DNA of 61,711 bases, the filler included, from Choristocarpus tenellus KU-1152 (taxonomy: Eukaryota; Protista; Phaeophyceae): NCBI GenBank assembly GCA_964200185.2. It is 12 parts of 12 records of this genome, joined end to end, with 100 filler letters (N's around TTAATTAATTAA, not from the genome) between each part and the next. Parts side by side here need not be neighbours in the genome. Positions count along the whole stretch, not along the records: positions 55,391 to 61,711 come from CAXNAD020008397.1; 11 more parts are not named here. One strand, given 5' to 3'. The position numbers and the translations under genes were made by a program. The number at the start of each line of letters is the position of its first letter. Positions within the stretch are counted from its first letter, which is position 1. Below the pieces are notes generated by a model. It was not told where the DNA came from. It worked only from the letters and a program-made list of their open reading frames with translations, and searched no databases. Below are positions 58,584 through 61,711 of the stretch, in pieces.

Positions 58584-61500
58584 ATGGCAAAGCGTAAGGG
58601 TAAGGCTACGTCCCTAGCAGTGGAAGCTGCTGATGTAAAAAAGATGCGCAAAGAACGTGGTCAGGGTCTAGTAGCGATGACGAAGACTACTGGTAAGGAG
58701 AGACCGCGAGATGGAGGTGTCGAGGGAGTTTGTGATGTTGAAAGTAAGGAGGTTGGCGCTGATCGAGGGGGGGATGGCCGACGAATTTTGGCGTCCAAGA
58801 GAAGAACACGAGATAGAGAAGAAGATCAAGAGGGGAGTGATGAGTACGAGGGTCCCGTTGAAGAGGAAGACAGCGACGACGGTGAGGCGTGAATATTGGA
58901 CTCCTATGGTCGCTGGTTGTGTGGTTAGGGTCGAAATATCGCAAAGCTCCACCCTCTTCTCCTATACCTTTCTCTGTCGCTGTGGACGAGCATTCAATCC
59001 CTGTCCTGTTACTCGCTTGGCTGGTCACTAAGAATGAGGTCAGGCAGTGACCTCAACCATCAGCCCTGGAAGTACTTGGCCGACCCCCTTTCCGCCTTGG
59101 AAATGCTGTGCATCGAACCCAAAGAGTCTGGTAGCGAAAACGATGAGGACGAGGATGATGATAGTGAAGATGAGATCAAGCTGGACGGGACTATCGGAGA
59201 GGATGGTGATACTGACGGCGAGGGTGGCGGGACTGTCACGGTGGCTTTCGACTTTTGCGATCCTCACGAACGTTTCTTCCATGGTATCAGGTGCAGAGGA
59301 GGTAGGATTGGTGGTGTTTATTGACCATTTGGATGTTTACTGTATACTGTAACAACGGAACTTAAATCGTTTCTGGTCCTGTCCGTCGTCCAGGGGAAAT
59401 TGTTAAGGCATCGACCAATTCTCTGGTTCTCTCGGTCATTGTACAGCAAGATTGCACGTTGATCTCGTGTGGGTAGTTCTAGGGGATCAAAGTATAGCAT
59501 CCCTGCGCGTGATGGGACAACTAGTCTGTGACACTTCCCTCCGAGTTAGCCTAGAAAGGGGACGGGTGACGATATTCAGGACAATCAATAGGAGACCTTG
59601 TCTCCTGCTGTGTCGTACGGTACAACAGGGGGGTTGCCGCACCTCAAGGCTGCCTTGTGAATGTTGGCAGCGGTGACTTCACAATAGATAAAACAGAATT
59701 CGTAATATACGGTAGGATAAGAGGCCGGTTCTTCTTCATGTGCTTGGTGTCTCATGCATGCATTTTAACAAGTTGCTAGTCTAAATAGCAAGGTGGTGTG
59801 TTTATTTTTGATATCTACAGAGAAAATACTTGCGAATGAATTGATCCTGTGTTGATATGATTCTATGGAAGATGTGCCCATCCAATTACAGGCTGCATGA
59901 CCAGTGATGATATTGGCTCGACCGTTTTTTTGCATGCAGGCCTAGCATCACACCAGTATGTGTGCTCCTAGTCTCACGACCTCCTTTCAACTTTTACACC
60001 TACGTCAATAGGAGTCAGCATCACAACTCGAAGACCAAATGGATGTTCAAACCATGCGACCCAATTCCTAGCTAAAGCCATCGTTAGATATGTTCAACTT
60101 CAAACAACACGTTTATCAATGCATGTGGACATACTTTATTTTATACCACATATCTAGAACTCCATACACAGTAGTAGGCATGACAGTTGTAAGTACTGCA
60201 TAAATTTCAATGGATAAACCTATCCTTACATACCTTGGGAAACAACAATAGTGCTTATATTTTGTGTGTAGTTTTGATTGAAGTTTGATATATATATTGT
60301 AAATCATTGATAATGTGACACTTCGGCCTTATTTTGACAAGCAGTTGAGTATGACAAGCAGTATACTCTCATGTAGGTACTTCCTCCTTGATGCCAAATC
60401 AAGGATCAGAATACAAATTTTGTTCTTACAACCCTAGAATTTTTGTCCTGCATGCGTTTATGTTAGCATTATTTGGGCGCTAAGTTTTTTAATGGCCATT
60501 AGAGAAGGCCTTACAATGCAACAGAAAACCTAACTATACCTTGTAGACTTACTCCTAGTGCGACTTTCCTTTTTTGTTGAGACATTTTATTGCCAACACC
60601 ATACATCTCTATTGTAGGACACCAATTATTCTTAGCCAGCTTAGCTTTACCCCTTATACTCAACCCATTTCAAACACCTCAGAGCTCTCCTGTCAAGATC
60701 GTACCTGATGGATGCAGCAGGAGGTGATGGTGGGGGTCTCTCAAACCTGGTGGACATAGTCGTGGAGCAGGGGGCTGTGGGGACCATCTTATCAGTGGAG
60801 GGTGATAGCAATGATGTGTTTGCTTTTGTCACAATGCTGCCTCTGGGGTACCTTCAGGGAGAGCACCCATGCATTCAGGCAAGATGGCTTTGAAGCTGAG
60901 AAGGGTAGGGTAGGGGGTGTCAGATGGGGTTAAAGTTGATTTTGTTTCTGCCATCATGCCGTATTGGTAGTATAGTTAAATATGTCGACATGTGTGATGA
61001 AGTGATAGAAAGAGGAATGGGAGATGAGGAAGAAGAGGGAAGACACTCTATCTGAGCTGTGGATGAGATGTTCTCACTTCTGTGCAAGTGGATTTAGGAG
61101 CTCATCCATGATACCATGACCATGACCAACAACATTGCAACAGTCCTGTGATGTCATTGTTGAGGGTGTCAGTCACTCCTGAGTTTTTATATAGGCAAAG
61201 AAGCCTAGAGCTCAAATTCCTTCATGAGCAGATTGACCTGTCAAGGAGATCTTTGCACTTTGTATAGGAGAACTGGACCAACAATTCATGTGTAACTGAA
61301 ACTGACATAGTAGGACTGGTAATCCCAAGATAGACTGAGAGGACCAGAATGATAGGACCAGGGGACTAAGAAGACTCGACTGGTAGGATAATTGGTACCG
61401 TACAGGTGGAACAAATGCCCTAAGGTTGGCTGGTGCTCATGCAGAGTATTCACGTATTGACATAAAATGCGAAGGTTAACATAATATTATCATATTATCA

Positions 61501-61711
61501 AGCAGCCCTCTATATATGATATGGAGGTGTTTGCTTGAGAGGAAAGGGTGATTTGATAGAGATGGCATGGTGTAACCCTCCCTTCCTCCACCCGTAGTTG
61601 TCCCCTATTTTTGTCATTTTGCTCTGCTGCCTCCACCACCCCCCACCCTCTTTCCTGATCTGTCTGATGCCAGGCGGTTGTCAAGCACCTCCTTGATAAG
61701 GCTCGGCAAGG
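58584..61711 (+). CDS. BCCIP: BCCIP/BCP1 family protein, 3'-partial; exons 58584-58881, 59125-59290, 60683-60878, 61674-61711
   Basis: Basic then acidic N-terminus; VTVAFDFCDPHERFFHGIR|ALL; LSNLVDIVVEQGAVGTIL...DVFAFVTMLPL...HPCIQ|AVVKHLLDK. Phases 1, 2, 0 are compatible. Confidence 0.88.

Noticed and set aside
27395-61711. Organelle-related genes (carrier, MTP18, HHL1) as a functional gene cluster
   Set aside because: They lie on separate contigs joined artificially.

Overview
Eukaryotic, intron-rich nuclear DNA from a photosynthetic stramenopile, probably a brown alga or close relative. That assignment is inferred from two signal-peptide + AF-motif plastid presequences, long introns and RTE-type LINE relics. 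The window is not one locus: it is 12 short contigs joined by 11 artificial 100-bp spacers (44 N + TTAATTAATTAA + 44 N), so neighbourhood across spacers means nothing, and most listed ORFs are noise. By reading splice sites and codon phase by hand I reconstructed these genes: an EF-hand mitochondrial aspartate/glutamate carrier (7 exons), a complete SICKLE/MPLKIP-like gene, an MTP18/MTFP1-family gene, an HHL1-like plastid protein, BCCIP/BCP1 and an AP2-domain protein. I also found single exons or fragments of a CNBD-type K+ channel, a TRAPPC9-like gene and an ATAD5-like gene, plus one tRNA-Arg(CCG). Introns and intergenic DNA carry several MITE families that share GAG/GAC-nn-AAAGTA ends and about 4-bp target duplications, along with decayed Gypsy, RTE and CACTA remnants, a solo-LTR candidate and many mini/microsatellites. 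The most notable signals are (1) an MTP18/MTFP1 'mitochondrial fission' homologue that appears to carry a secondary-plastid targeting presequence, (2) the shared-end MITE superfamily, and (3) GC-AG introns alongside a lariat-debranching cofactor homologue. All family assignments come from motif recognition by eye; no database search was run.
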